A stretch of DNA of 64,000 nucleotides from Candidatus Hadarchaeales archaeon (GCA_038851075.1 JAWCLG010000002.1:32001-96000); one strand, 5' to 3'. Positions 47,029 through 57,876 are shown, numbered from the stretch's first letter. Notes: generated by a model not told the origin, from the sequence alone. Numbers and translations: made by a program.

Positions 47029-49050
47029 TTGGAGGCTGGGCGATTGGTTGGCAGTACAGTTAAAGAGAGGCTAGAGGAATTCATCCGCCGTAAGGATTTC
47101 CTGAAAGAAACCAAAAAGAGGACCGCGTCCGGACATAAGTCGGTAGTGGTTTCTTTCTCGGAAATTTTGGATTTCGATAAAGATCTGGCAAACGGGCTTT
47201 TGGATTCTCCTTCAGATATACTGGACTGGGCTGATAAAAAACTTGAGGAGATCACCGGCATTCCGAACATGCACCTCCGGGTGTATGGTCTGCCAGAAAC
47301 AGTGGAGATAAGAAATATACGCGCAGACCACGTTGGGAAGTTCATTCAGGTTGACGGTATACTTACAAAGGCAGGAGAAGTAAAACCGGAGGCAAGGGAG
47401 GCCGTTTTCAAGTGCAGGTTCTGCGGTGAGGAAAATAGGGTGATACAGGCAGGCGAGTTCTTCAGGGAGCCGCTTTCATGTGAGAATCCGAACTGCAGGA
47501 GAAAGGGTGCTTTTGAACTCGTTATAGAGAGCACAGTATTCAGAGACTGGCAGAGCATTTCTGTGCAGGAACCACCAGAGAAGCTTAGGGGAGGAAGAAT
47601 CCCGCAGAAGTTGGACGGTATACTCAGAGACGACTTCGTTGATAGAGCAGTCCCAGGAAACCATGTCACCGTAACAGGTGTTCTAAAGGTTTTCCATGAG
47701 AGGCAGAAGAGAGAGCGCAGAACCACATTTAGGAAAATACTGTTTGTCAATCACATAGATGTGCGGCAGAAAGGAGTGGAGGAAACTGAGCTGACCCCTG
47801 AGGATGAGAAGAAGATAAGCGAACTTGCTAAGGATCCATGGCTCAGGAACAAAATAATTCAGTCAATAGCGCCTGCGATTCACGGCCATGAGGTCATAAA
47901 AGAAGCAGTTGCATTGCAGTTATTCGGCTGTAATCCAGTAGAACTCCAGGATGGAACTAGAATAAGGGGTGATGTTCACATTTTGTTATGCGGCGATCCG
48001 GGAACTGCAAAGAGCCAGATTCTTAAGTGGGTTTCAAACGTTGCCCCCCGTGGACTTTATACATCTGGAATGAAAACCACGGCCGCTGGAATCACTGCAG
48101 CGGCTGTTCGAGATGAGATAGGAGGCGGGTGGGCGCTTGAGGCGGGAGCCCTCGTGATAGCGGATGGGGGTATTGCGTGCGTAGATGAGTTTGAGAAAAT
48201 GGATGCGCAGGAGTCCTCGGCGATCTTGGAGTCTATGGAGCAGCAGACAGTTAGCATAGCCAAGGCTGGTATAGTGGCCACGCTGAACACCCGCACTGCG
48301 GTCCTCGCCGCGACAAATCCCAAGTATGGGAGATTCGAGAGAAACATACCACCTCCCAAACAGCTTGCGATAGAGCCAGTTCTTCTCTCTAGGTTCGACC
48401 TGATACTTTTGCTTAAAGACGAGCCAAGACCTGACCTCGATCACTCAATAGCACAGCACGTTCTTCAGCTTCACTCTTCACCAAAAAAGGTCACCAAGGC
48501 ACCGTTTGATGTGGATTTTCTGAGAAAAATAGTGATATATTCAAGAAAGTATCTTGACCCTAAGATACAGGACAAAGAGGTGATGAAGGCAATAGAGGAC
48601 TTTTTCGTGGAGTGGAGAAAAGTAGTTTCTCAGGGAGCCCCGCTTCCGATAACCGTCAGGCAACTGGAATCAATAATCCGGCTCGCAAAGTGCAATGCTA
48701 GGATGAGGTTGAGCGACAGAGTAACAGTTGAGGACGCAAACAAGGCAGTGGCGCTAATAAAAACCAGTCTAAGTGAGGCAGGAATAGATACGGAGGCAAA
48801 CGTCGTTGACATAGATTTAATAATGACGGGAATTCCAAAGTCACAGAGGGATAAGCGCCAGAGGATAATGGACATCATAGGACAGCTCGAGGAACAGTAT
48901 GGAGGTGCGGCCCCGATATCCAAGGTAAAGGACCTTGCCTCATCGGAGGGAATATCAGAAAATTTTGTGGAGCGGATGATTGAGGAAGAAAAGAAACGTG
49001 GATATCTGTACTCTCCGACTCCGGAGACCGTAAGCAGGGCGGTGAAGTGA
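47029..49050 (+). CDS. mcm: Replicative helicase MCM
   Basis: Zn finger C..C...C....C, GDPGTAKSQ, DEFEKM, MEQQTVSIAKAG, SRFDL, TVRQLES; no intein. Confidence 0.97.
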   Translation: MEAGRLVGSTVKERLEEFIRRKDFLKETKKRTASGHKSVVVSFSEILDFDKDLANGLLDSPSDILDWADKKLEEITGIPNMHLRVYGLPETVEIRNIRADHVGKFIQVDGILTKAGEVKPEAREAVFKCRFCGEENRVIQAGEFFREPLSCENPNCRRKGAFELVIESTVFRDWQSISVQEPPEKLRGGRIPQKLDGILRDDFVDRAVPGNHVTVTGVLKVFHERQKRERRTTFRKILFVNHIDVRQKGVEETELTPEDEKKISELAKDPWLRNKIIQSIAPAIHGHEVIKEAVALQLFGCNPVELQDGTRIRGDVHILLCGDPGTAKSQILKWVSNVAPRGLYTSGMKTTAAGITAAAVRDEIGGGWALEAGALVIADGGIACVDEFEKMDAQESSAILESMEQQTVSIAKAGIVATLNTRTAVLAATNPKYGRFERNIPPPKQLAIEPVLLSRFDLILLLKDEPRPDLDHSIAQHVLQLHSSPKKVTKAPFDVDFLRKIVIYSRKYLDPKIQDKEVMKAIEDFFVEWRKVVSQGAPLPITVRQLESIIRLAKCNARMRLSDRVTVEDANKAVALIKTSLSEAGIDTEANVVDIDLIMTGIPKSQRDKRQRIMDIIGQLEEQYGGAAPISKVKDLASSEGISENFVERMIEEEKKRGYLYSPTPETVSRAVK

Positions 49051-49592
49051 TGCGGAAGAGCGTCATGTTTGGAGAAGAGATGGAAGAAGTTAAGCTCGTT
49101 GATAGGACGTTAGGACCGTTTTCTGCCGGAGATGAGGTTGAGCTCTGGAAATGGGATGCAGAAGTGCTCGAAAAGCATTCTCTGGTGGTTCCTTCAAAGT
49201 TATTTTCAGTTCAGGATATGCGCAAGTTAGCACTGCTTCAGGAGAGAAGTCAGAGCCCGATTACTCTCCCAGCAGACTTTTACAGCATCGCATTAGACAG
49301 CTTTAGGGACATTCTATCTTCTGAGGGCAGGAAGGCGGCCGATGAGATGAAATCCGCATTGATGTCTCTTGTTGAGATAAGGATACCAAAACTGGTTTTA
49401 CTTTCCGTGTCTTCCGGTTCGGGTTTTAATCTTCCACCGGAGGAGATGGTGCTTATCAACAGGATTTCGGAGGAAGTTGATGAATGGAGCAGAAAATTTT
49501 TGAATGAGCTGAAAAAAATCGGGGAGGAGGTAGAAAAAGGTGGTTCAGGAGGGACTGTTCCACGAAATTCTACGGACGAGGCAGATATTTAA
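49047..49592 (+). CDS. GINS subunit (Gins23-type, B-A domain order)
   Basis: GPF..GD.VEL..W.A..L N-terminal B-domain, LP.DFY, R..K, L..EE helical A-domain; coupled to mcm. Confidence 0.75.
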   Translation: MMRKSVMFGEEMEEVKLVDRTLGPFSAGDEVELWKWDAEVLEKHSLVVPSKLFSVQDMRKLALLQERSQSPITLPADFYSIALDSFRDILSSEGRKAADEMKSALMSLVEIRIPKLVLLSVSSGSGFNLPPEEMVLINRISEEVDEWSRKFLNELKKIGEEVEKGGSGGTVPRNSTDEADI

Positions 49593-50814
49593 AAATAGGG
49601 AGTATCTCAGACCGAGCTACACGCCGGATGAACTCCCACATAGAGAAGATCAGATCAAACAGCTCGCCAGAATACTCGCCGCACCACTGCGTGGAGAAAC
49701 TCCATCCAACATATTCATATATGGAAAACCCGGCACCGGAAAGACGGCATGTGTCAACTATGTCGGAAAGGAACTCGAAAAAGTCAGCGATAATGCACCT
49801 TTTGGGGTGGAGGTTGTTTACCTTAACTGCGAGATCATCAACACACCGTATCGCATTCTCGCTAGGCTGTCAGACCACTTCATAGATAAGTTAAAAAGAT
49901 CCGAGGAAGGCGGAGATCAGGCGGTTATTCCGGAGAAGGCGCCTAAAACGGGATGGCCGATGGATGAAGTTTACAGGATTTTTTTCAACGCTTTGGACTC
50001 CAGAAAACAGCTTGGGGTGGTAATTCTCGACGAGGTAGATAAACTGGTTAAGAAGAGCGGAGACGATATACTTTACATCCTCACGAGGATGAATTCAGAC
50101 CTTAAGTCATCCAAAGTCGCTGTGGTTGGAATTTCAAATGACACCAACTTTATGGAGTACCTTGATCCAAGGGTTAGAAGTAGCCTTGGACAAGAGGAAA
50201 TAGTTTTTCCGGCCTACAACGCGCTGCAGCTGGCAGATATACTGCGAAAAAGAGCGGAGATGAGCTTTGTTGAAGGGGCTGTTGGGATTGGTGTGATAGA
50301 CCTCTGTGCTGCTCACGCGGCCAGAGAACACGGCGATGCTAGGAGAGCGCTTGATCTGCTGAGGGTTTCAGGCGAGATAGCAGAGTCAAAAAACGCAGAG
50401 GCAGTCACTACTGAGCATGTGATGCTGGCGCACTTGCAGATAGAGCGGGACAAAATGGTCGAGGTGATAAAAACCCTTCCAGCACAATCAAAGCTCGTCC
50501 TTTACAGTATAGTTTACCTCATGGAAAGGACACCACGTAGGATAGTGAGCGGCGATGTTTACAGCGTATATCGAGAAAAGTGTATCAGCACTGGAAATTC
50601 GGTGCTCACCCCGAGAAGAGTGAGCGACCTTATATCTGAGTTGGATACACTTGGCATAATCAGCGCAACAATAATCAACAAAGGCAGATACGGCAGAACA
50701 AAGGAGATAAAGCTGAATGTTCATCCCACCCAGGTGATGGCGGCGATCATCGAAGACCTACATGGAGTGAGCGCTAGCACAACAAGCGTTGCGGGGACCA
50801 GTTTTGGTTTTTAG
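49540..50814 (+). CDS. cdc6: Orc1/Cdc6 replication initiator (main type)
   Basis: IFKNRE.L...YTP..LPHR, GKPGTGKT, LDEVD, LDPRV.SSL, GDARRALDLLR, GRYGRTK wing. Confidence 0.96.
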   Translation: MVQEGLFHEILRTRQIFKNREYLRPSYTPDELPHREDQIKQLARILAAPLRGETPSNIFIYGKPGTGKTACVNYVGKELEKVSDNAPFGVEVVYLNCEIINTPYRILARLSDHFIDKLKRSEEGGDQAVIPEKAPKTGWPMDEVYRIFFNALDSRKQLGVVILDEVDKLVKKSGDDILYILTRMNSDLKSSKVAVVGISNDTNFMEYLDPRVRSSLGQEEIVFPAYNALQLADILRKRAEMSFVEGAVGIGVIDLCAAHAAREHGDARRALDLLRVSGEIAESKNAEAVTTEHVMLAHLQIERDKMVEVIKTLPAQSKLVLYSIVYLMERTPRRIVSGDVYSVYREKCISTGNSVLTPRRVSDLISELDTLGIISATIINKGRYGRTKEIKLNVHPTQVMAAIIEDLHGVSASTTSVAGTSFGF

Positions 50815-52356
50815 GTGGGACATGTGGAGGAAAACATTCTTATTCACAGGTTTATGGACCTAGGAGTACAGCTGAGCGAGGGGGCCCTCAAGTATATAAT
50901 GAGCCAGAGCGACCCTGAGGCGACGGCATATCTTGTGATATCAAAGTTATCAAAGATGGAAAAAAGACCATTTTTAATAACAACTGATGCGATATCCGCA
51001 ATTTTAATGGAATCAATGGAGGAAACCCAAGTATTACATGAGGATCAGACTAGACCATCTGAGATAATTAAAAAATCCGTTCACACAAAGTTCAGGCCCG
51101 TTGCAGCGGAGTACGAGTCTAAAGTCAGTGTGAGGAGAGATATAACTGGAAAAAGCTACAGTGAAGGTGACATAAGGGACTTTTGGAGCCTTTTTTCAGA
51201 TAGGTACGATAGGGTGAGCAGGCTCCTCCGTAACAGGGTGGAGCTCAGGGAAGCTGTTCCAATGGAAACCCTATCAAGTATGGGTGAAAGGGAAAAAGTA
51301 AGTGTAATAGGGATGGTCGCGGATAGACGCGAATCTTCTGCTGGAAATATAATAATAGACCTGGAGGATCCAACCGGCAGGGCCTTGGCTCTGGTTTTCA
51401 AGGGGAAGAAGGACCTTGTTTCTAAGGCTATGGATGTGGTAACTGACGAGGTCATAGGTGTTGTAGGATCACTTAGACCAGGTGATAGAATCCCGCGCAT
51501 TTTCGTTACCGACATAGTTTGGCCGGATCTCCCCGTCAAACACGAGCTTGGCAGATCAGAGGACCCAGTCTGCGCGGCACTTATATCCGACCTACATGTC
51601 GGAAGCGAAATGTTTCTTGAGGATGTGTTCATGAAGTTCATGAAATGGCTTAATGAAGGGGCGGATGGGAAAGCTGAGGCGGAGCTGGCCGGAAAGGTGA
51701 AGTACCTGGTTGTTGCGGGCGACATTGTGGACGGAATAGGAGTTTATCCCGGCCAGGAGGGTGAGCTTCTTGTCGATGATATATTCAAACAGTATGAGAT
51801 AGCGGCAAAACTTTTGGCTGAAGTACCGGACTACATAACTGTTATTGTCACACCGGGTAATCACGATGCAGTGCGTCCGTCCGAACCGCAGCCGGCGATA
51901 CCGAAGGATATTGCGGGTGATTTTTATGAGAGAGGGTTCTTGATGGCAGGAAATCCGGTTTTGGCCAACATCCATGGCGTGAATTTCATAGTATATCATG
52001 GAAGGAGCGTTGATGATATGGTAGGCGCCGTTCCGGGTCTTGACAGAAAGGATTCGGTAAAGCCGTTTGTAAAGCTTCTTCAGAAGAGGCACCTCGCACC
52101 GATTTATGGCGGAAGAACTGCGATCTCCCCTGAGAGAGCGGACTATATGGTTATCGATGAAGTGCCGGACGTCTTGCACTGCGGCCATGTCCACGTTAAT
52201 GGGTACTCTAAGTACAGGGAAGTTTCGATCGTAAACTCTGGAACTTTTCAGTCAAAAACTCTATACATGCAAAAACTTGGGGTTGAGCCGACCCCTGGGA
52301 TGGTACCGATATTTGATCTGCAGACCCACCAGGTGAGGGTGGTTCGATTTGCTTAG
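50815..52356 (+). CDS. polB: DNA polymerase D small (exonuclease) subunit DP1
   Basis: OB-fold LEDPTG, ISDLHVGS, AGD.VDG.GVYPGQ, PGNHDA, YHG.S.DD, RHLAP.YG, GHVH. Confidence 0.96.
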   Translation: MGHVEENILIHRFMDLGVQLSEGALKYIMSQSDPEATAYLVISKLSKMEKRPFLITTDAISAILMESMEETQVLHEDQTRPSEIIKKSVHTKFRPVAAEYESKVSVRRDITGKSYSEGDIRDFWSLFSDRYDRVSRLLRNRVELREAVPMETLSSMGEREKVSVIGMVADRRESSAGNIIIDLEDPTGRALALVFKGKKDLVSKAMDVVTDEVIGVVGSLRPGDRIPRIFVTDIVWPDLPVKHELGRSEDPVCAALISDLHVGSEMFLEDVFMKFMKWLNEGADGKAEAELAGKVKYLVVAGDIVDGIGVYPGQEGELLVDDIFKQYEIAAKLLAEVPDYITVIVTPGNHDAVRPSEPQPAIPKDIAGDFYERGFLMAGNPVLANIHGVNFIVYHGRSVDDMVGAVPGLDRKDSVKPFVKLLQKRHLAPIYGGRTAISPERADYMVIDEVPDVLHCGHVHVNGYSKYREVSIVNSGTFQSKTLYMQKLGVEPTPGMVPIFDLQTHQVRVVRFA

Positions 52357-53152
52357 ATGCAGAGCGCTCGACGGAATTTCAGGCGTTATAATTGACCTTG
52401 ATGGAGTCGTGTGGGTGGGTAGAACAACAGTGGCTGGGGTCCAAGAGGCCATTCAGGCCATAAGAAGGATGGGAAAGCGAATAGTTTTCACGACAAATAA
52501 CTCCTCAAAAAGCAGGAAGGAGTACGTAAAGATGCTCAGGAGGTCAGGGGGGGATGCAGAGGAGCATGAGGTCTTAACTTCAGGATATGCTGCTGCGGAG
52601 TACCTTAGGCGAAAAAAAGACGCAGTCCGGGCCCATGTAGTTGGCGAGAGGGGACTTAGAGAGGAACTCGTGCGCGCCGGAATAAAGATTCTCCCAGAAG
52701 AAAAATCGGAGGATGCCACCCATCTGGTTGTTGGCTTAGACAGAACGATCAACTACAGAAAAATATGGTTCGCCATGAAGTCTCTCATGTCAGGAGCGGA
52801 GTTCGTGGCAACAAACACAGATCCAACTTACCCAACTGAACTCGGGCTTACACCAGGGGCTGGGGCGATTGTCGGTGCAATCTCAGGATGCTCGGGCAGA
52901 AATCCAGATGTAGTGCTCGGAAAACCATATCCTTACATCATGAAAATGGCTCTTGAATTGCTGGGCACAGGCGCAGGTCAGACCGCGATAATTGGCGACA
53001 GGCTGGAGGTTGATGTAAAGGCAGGAAAATTGTGTGGCATAAGGACAATACTAGTTTTGAGTGGGGTTACAAAAAGAGAAGATCTGAGAAAAGTGGAGAG
53101 GGATATGAGGCCAGATTTTGTTTTTAACAGTCTTTCAGAGGTGGTGTCATGA
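52349..53152 (+). CDS. HAD-superfamily hydrolase subfamily IIA (NagD-like)
   Basis: DLDGV, TNNS, GKP, IGDRL..D. Confidence 0.92.
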   Translation: MLRCRALDGISGVIIDLDGVVWVGRTTVAGVQEAIQAIRRMGKRIVFTTNNSSKSRKEYVKMLRRSGGDAEEHEVLTSGYAAAEYLRRKKDAVRAHVVGERGLREELVRAGIKILPEEKSEDATHLVVGLDRTINYRKIWFAMKSLMSGAEFVATNTDPTYPTELGLTPGAGAIVGAISGCSGRNPDVVLGKPYPYIMKMALELLGTGAGQTAIIGDRLEVDVKAGKLCGIRTILVLSGVTKREDLRKVERDMRPDFVFNSLSEVVS

Positions 53153-56100
53153 GCGGAGGTAACATGTTGGAGTACTTTAGGTCTATGAACGAGCAGATAG
53201 ACGGCATATATGAAATTGCCATAAAGGCGAGAGCTAAGGGGATAGATCCAGAACTTGAACCAGAAATACCGCGCGCCGGGGATCTCGCCTCTAGAGTTGA
53301 GCAACTTGTTGGTCCCAAAGGAGTTGCCGAGGTTATTCGAGACATGGAGAAGATCATGGGCAGAGAAGAGATGGCGCTGAAGATTGCGGAAATGATAATA
53401 GACGGCAGATTTGGAAGGTTAGATGAGGAAAAGGCGGCAGAGCAGGCGTTGAGGACGGTACTCGCGATTCTTACAGAGGGCGTGGTTATAGCCCCTCTTG
53501 AGGGCATAACTGGAGTTAGGATAAGAAAGAACTATGACAACACCAGATATCTCTCAATCTCTTTTGCAAGCCCAATTAGAGCGGCCGGAGGCACAGCCGC
53601 TGCGCTTTCCGTGCTGGCCGGAGATTTTGTCAGAAGGAAGCTGTTTCTGAGCCACTACAAACCAACCGTGGAAGAGGTGGAGAGGTTCGTTGAGGAGGTT
53701 GAGATATACGGCTTAGTGGCCCATGAGCAGTACAAGCCTCACGCTGACCACATACGTCTTGCAATACAGAACATCCCGGTTGAGATCACAGGGGAACCAA
53801 CCGAGAGAGATGTCACGGTAACTGCGTTCAGGAACATCGAGCGCATCGGGCATAATATGGTAAGGGGAGGTGCGGTACTTGCACTGACCGAGGGAGTTCT
53901 CCAGAAGGCTTCAAAGATAATGAAGTATGTGGAGAAACTTGGCATAGATGGATGGGCATGGCTTTCGAACGTTGTTCCTAAGACCACACCTGAGGAATCT
54001 GAAACTATTTTCCCGAAGGGAGATAGATATCTGGGAGAGGTAATAGCGGGAAGACCCATACTATCCCATCCAGGAACCGAGGGGCAGATGGGTAGAAGGG
54101 GAGGTTTTAGGCTCAGGTACGGACATTCGAGAAATACGGGAATCGCGGCGATCGGCATTCATCCTGCCACAATGATAATTTGCGATGACTTCATCGCGGT
54201 TGGTACGCAGTTGAAGGTCGAGCGTCCCGGAAAGGGCGGGGCCGTGACCCCAGTGGATTCCATAGAGGGACCGGTGGTAAAGCTTAAAGACGGCTCGGTT
54301 TTGCAGGTTTATTCAGAAGAGGAAGCGCTAAAAGTAAGGGATAGTGTTGCGGAAATACTCTGCCTAGGAGATATTCTTGTTGGATACGGGGAGTTCTTGG
54401 AGAACAATCATCCGTTGATGCCGGCAGGTTATTGTGAGGAATGGTGGAGTCAGGAGGTTAAAAAGGCGCTATCGGGGAAGGAGAGAAGGGACCTAGAAAA
54501 ATATATTGAAAAACCGTATCCGAGACCTAGCTCTGATCTTGCCGTCAGAATTTCGGAAGAACTTGGAGTACCGCTTCACCCGGCTTACACTTATCCATAC
54601 CACGACTTGGAGATAGAGGATCTCGTGAGTCTGGCAAGGTGGTTGGTCAAGGGGAGGCCGGAGTTTGACGGAGGGGTGCTGAGAAAACTGAGAATTCAGA
54701 TCGAGGAGGTTCCTAAACGAATTCTGGAAGAGCTATGCGTTCCCCACGGTGTTGATGGGAAAGATGTGGTTATTGAAGAGCATGCATATGCCCTGTGCAG
54801 GTCTCTCGGGTTGGTCTTCGGTGACTCACTTGTCATTGAGAGATTTGAGGGGGTCATGCGGTCCAGTTCAACCAAGGACATAATGGAGATAGTACAGGAA
54901 CTCGCAGGTTTTCCGATCAGAAAGAAGGCCCCGACAAGAATAGGTGCAAGGATGGGCAGACCGGAGAAGGCCAAGGAGAGGGAGATGAGCCCACCAGTCC
55001 ATGCTCTTTTTCCAGTAGGTTTTAAGGGGGGATCCACCCGCAGCATAGCGAGAGCAGCGGAGTCTGATGACCTAGAGGTGGAGCTTGCGAACATGGTTTG
55101 CCCGAGCTGTGGCTGGAGCGGTTTTACGAGAAAATGTCAGAAGTGCGGTTCTAAGGCTGAGCCTGTAAGAGTATGCCAGAAATGCATGGCCCCTGTTGAT
55201 GAAGATCGATGCCCAATCTGCAACTCACGCGCGGAGTTCTTCATTAAAAGAAGAATTAAACTAAAAGCAATGCTTGAGTCAGCGCTGAAGAGACTTGATG
55301 AATATCCGGAGCTCGTTAAAGGAGTGCAGGGCATGACAAGCGACTGGAAAATTCCGGAGCCGCTTGAAAAGGGAATCCTGCGGGCAAAACACGGAGTTCA
55401 GGTATTCAAGGATGGAACAGTTAGATTTGACGAGACAAATGTTCCGCTCACCCATTTCAAGCCAAAGGAGATTGGCGTCTCGGTGGAAAAGCTAAGAGAT
55501 CTTGGATACACAGTCGACTTTAACGGAAATCCGCTTGAGGCGGAAGATCAGGTGGTTGAGCTTAAGGTTCAGGATATTGTTATCTCGAGGGCATGTGCAG
55601 AATATCTGTTCAAAGCATCTAGGTTCATTGACGAGCTTCTGGAAAAGGTATATGGTCTTGCCCCTTATTACAATGCTAAAAGACCGGAGGACCTTTTGGG
55701 GCACATAGTCCTCGGTCTGGCTCCCCACACATCGGTTGGAATAGCGGGGCGCATCATAGGTTTCGTCGATGCCAGCGTTGGATATGCGCATCCATTTTTC
55801 CACGCTGCGAAAAGGAGGGACGCGGACGGTGATGAAGATTGTGTAATGTTGCTTCTCGATGCTTTATTGAACTTTAGCAGACGCTTTCTGCCTTCAAAAC
55901 GCGGTGGTCTAATGGACGCGCCGCTTATCCTCAGCACTCGGATAAATCCGGCAGAAATAGATAAGCAGGCTCATAACATGGACATAATGAATTTTTACCC
56001 GCTTGAGTTCTATGAGGCAACTTTGCGCTATGCGAGACCTCAGGAGGTTTTTGCTCAGATGAAAACAGCAGGTAAAAAAATAGGTACAGAGGATGAGTAC

Positions 56101-56574
56101 ACCGGATTTGGCTACACCCATGAGACTAACGATATTTCGGCAGGTCCGAAGTCAACTAGGTACATAAAGTTGACGACTATGGAGGAAAAGATTTCTGCCC
56201 AGCTGAGCCTGGCAAGGAAAATAAGGGCTGTTGATGAGAGAGATGTCGCAGAGCGGCTTATAAAGCACCACTTCATCCCAGACCTCAAAGGAAATTTGAG
56301 GACGTTTGCGACTCAAAAGTTCAGGTGTACATCATGCAATAATAGCCATCGCAGGATACCGCTCTCAGGAAAATGCACGAGGTGCGGAGGAAAACTCGTT
56401 CTTACTGTAACGAGAGGTGGGGTTGAAAAATACCTGCGTGTTGCCATGGACGTTGCCGATGACTACCATGTGAGTGAATACACAAAACAGAGGCTGAAGA
56501 TGACAAAAAAGGACATAGAGTCGATGTTCGAAAGTGATGCCTCCAGACAGCTGAGTCTGGCAGATTTCCTGTAA
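53149..56574 (+). CDS. polC: DNA polymerase D large subunit DP2
   Basis: PIRAAGGTA, GGFRLRYG..R, RIGARMGRPEKAK.R, AAKRRDADGDED, C-terminal PIP QLSLADF; no intein. Confidence 0.97.
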   Translation: MSGGNMLEYFRSMNEQIDGIYEIAIKARAKGIDPELEPEIPRAGDLASRVEQLVGPKGVAEVIRDMEKIMGREEMALKIAEMIIDGRFGRLDEEKAAEQALRTVLAILTEGVVIAPLEGITGVRIRKNYDNTRYLSISFASPIRAAGGTAAALSVLAGDFVRRKLFLSHYKPTVEEVERFVEEVEIYGLVAHEQYKPHADHIRLAIQNIPVEITGEPTERDVTVTAFRNIERIGHNMVRGGAVLALTEGVLQKASKIMKYVEKLGIDGWAWLSNVVPKTTPEESETIFPKGDRYLGEVIAGRPILSHPGTEGQMGRRGGFRLRYGHSRNTGIAAIGIHPATMIICDDFIAVGTQLKVERPGKGGAVTPVDSIEGPVVKLKDGSVLQVYSEEEALKVRDSVAEILCLGDILVGYGEFLENNHPLMPAGYCEEWWSQEVKKALSGKERRDLEKYIEKPYPRPSSDLAVRISEELGVPLHPAYTYPYHDLEIEDLVSLARWLVKGRPEFDGGVLRKLRIQIEEVPKRILEELCVPHGVDGKDVVIEEHAYALCRSLGLVFGDSLVIERFEGVMRSSSTKDIMEIVQELAGFPIRKKAPTRIGARMGRPEKAKEREMSPPVHALFPVGFKGGSTRSIARAAESDDLEVELANMVCPSCGWSGFTRKCQKCGSKAEPVRVCQKCMAPVDEDRCPICNSRAEFFIKRRIKLKAMLESALKRLDEYPELVKGVQGMTSDWKIPEPLEKGILRAKHGVQVFKDGTVRFDETNVPLTHFKPKEIGVSVEKLRDLGYTVDFNGNPLEAEDQVVELKVQDIVISRACAEYLFKASRFIDELLEKVYGLAPYYNAKRPEDLLGHIVLGLAPHTSVGIAGRIIGFVDASVGYAHPFFHAAKRRDADGDEDCVMLLLDALLNFSRRFLPSKRGGLMDAPLILSTRINPAEIDKQAHNMDIMNFYPLEFYEATLRYARPQEVFAQMKTAGKKIGTEDEYTGFGYTHETNDISAGPKSTRYIKLTTMEEKISAQLSLARKIRAVDERDVAERLIKHHFIPDLKGNLRTFATQKFRCTSCNNSHRRIPLSGKCTRCGGKLVLTVTRGGVEKYLRVAMDVADDYHVSEYTKQRLKMTKKDIESMFESDASRQLSLADFL

Positions 56575-56606
56575 TTTATTATCCATGGGAATAAGTTTTA
56601 TTGGGT

Positions 56607-56695
56607 GCCGGGGTAGCGAAGCCAGGTAACGCGCCAGACTCGAGATCTGGTTCTCCTCTCGGAGAGCGGGGGTTCAAATCCCCTCCCCGGCGCCA
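56607..56695 (+). tRNA. tRNA-Ser(CGA)
   Basis: GCCGGGG/CCCCGGC acceptor stem, CCAGA-CT-CGA-GA-TCTGG anticodon arm, long variable arm, GTTCAAATC, GCCA end. Confidence 0.96.
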
Positions 56696-56707
56696 TAATT
56701 TTCCGGA

Positions 56708-57310
56708 TTAAAGCTTCTTTTCAAAAACTTCTCCGTTCGGCTCCTTTTCAGAAAATATCTGGGCGGTGAACCTGCTTATCTTTATTCCCTTTTCGAACCA
56801 AGCATCGGGGGGCAGGCCGGCTTTCATGCAGGCCTGTGAGAGAAATTCTTCCGCATCCCATCCAAGCTCAACTGCAACCTGCGGCAGGAGCAAACCAGCG
56901 TAAGCCCCCAGCTCAACGATGAGACCATCCCTTCCTATCACAATGGACTTTGGGTATTCGGATGGGTGTTTCACTTTTATGGGGGACGGATCGGTCAGAA
57001 CGCTGACCTCGATTTCTATTTCATCTATCTCATCCTTGGTTACTGGAGGAAACCTCGGATCTCTTGTCGCCGAGCTTATCGCTGCATCAATGATGGCCTC
57101 TATGAGAGGCAGGTGCGGGATGGGATATCCTATACAGCCCCTTAGTTCACCTCCACTTGTGAGGGTAACAAACACTCCTCTGCGCTCCTTCAGTTTGCCA
57201 GAAACTTTCGGCGGGCGCGTTACGGTTCCTCTTTCCAAATACGTTTTTATGGCATTTCTAGCGACTTTTACAAGAGTGGTGCCCTCCTCAAGGGTCAGCA
57301 AAGGCATCAC
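56708..57310 (-). CDS. AMMECR1 domain protein
   Basis: GVFVTL...LRGCIG, DPRFPP, IEVSVL, GLLLPQV, C.KAGL. Confidence 0.94.
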   Translation of the reverse strand: MMPLLTLEEGTTLVKVARNAIKTYLERGTVTRPPKVSGKLKERRGVFVTLTSGGELRGCIGYPIPHLPLIEAIIDAAISSATRDPRFPPVTKDEIDEIEIEVSVLTDPSPIKVKHPSEYPKSIVIGRDGLIVELGAYAGLLLPQVAVELGWDAEEFLSQACMKAGLPPDAWFEKGIKISRFTAQIFSEKEPNGEVFEKKL

Positions 57311-57798
57311 TTCATTATCTGATTATATCTCTGCACGGTTTTAAGCATGCTTTTCCAGTGTTTTCCTTTCCAGTATACTTTTCCGCAGGATGAACATTTC
57401 CAAAATTCTTCCATGTCGAGTACCTTTTTGGGCACTAGTCCTTTGACCGAACTTGAATCAGCTCTGTCCAGCGCACCGTTACACATGGGACATCTCGATT
57501 TTTCAGGGTCTATTTTTAACCTCTGTTTGGTTTTTCTGCAGAGTTCAACCATCTGAGACACGACATCTCCGGAACCTATCAGCGTACTTTTCGCTCCTGA
57601 CCTCATAGCATTCCTGTGCAGCTTTATGTCGGACGTAAGTAGCCTCCTGTTTTGGAGCAGTGCGATATCGATGAGGGACGGGTCCTGTTTTTCAGGCGGT
57701 ATTCCGAGGTCACCAACGTATACAACATCGTATCCAGCGAGCCTCAGCCATCTTGTGAGCTTTCCGAGCATGGCGTCGGAGACAAATTTTTCCATCAA
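57307..57798 (-). CDS. Mut7-C (PIN-like) RNase domain protein
   Basis: F..D.MLGKL.RWLRL.GYD, SRCP.CNG, FW.C..CGKVYW.G.H. Confidence 0.92.
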   Translation of the reverse strand: MMEKFVSDAMLGKLTRWLRLAGYDVVYVGDLGIPPEKQDPSLIDIALLQNRRLLTSDIKLHRNAMRSGAKSTLIGSGDVVSQMVELCRKTKQRLKIDPEKSRCPMCNGALDRADSSSVKGLVPKKVLDMEEFWKCSSCGKVYWKGKHWKSMLKTVQRYNQIMK

Positions 57799-57876
57799 AT
57801 CTGATTTGTTTTATTGGGAAAAATGCATTTGGAAAATGTTTTTTCAGAGAAGATACAGAATTAAACCGGTGAGTGG

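Noticed and set aside
46854-47063. 69-aa ORF upstream of mcm
   Set aside because: No recognisable motif, AT-rich promoter-like DNA, overlaps the mcm start out of frame
47029-56574. Inteins in MCM, Cdc6 or PolD DP2
   Set aside because: Lengths are normal and the usual insertion-site motifs are uninterrupted
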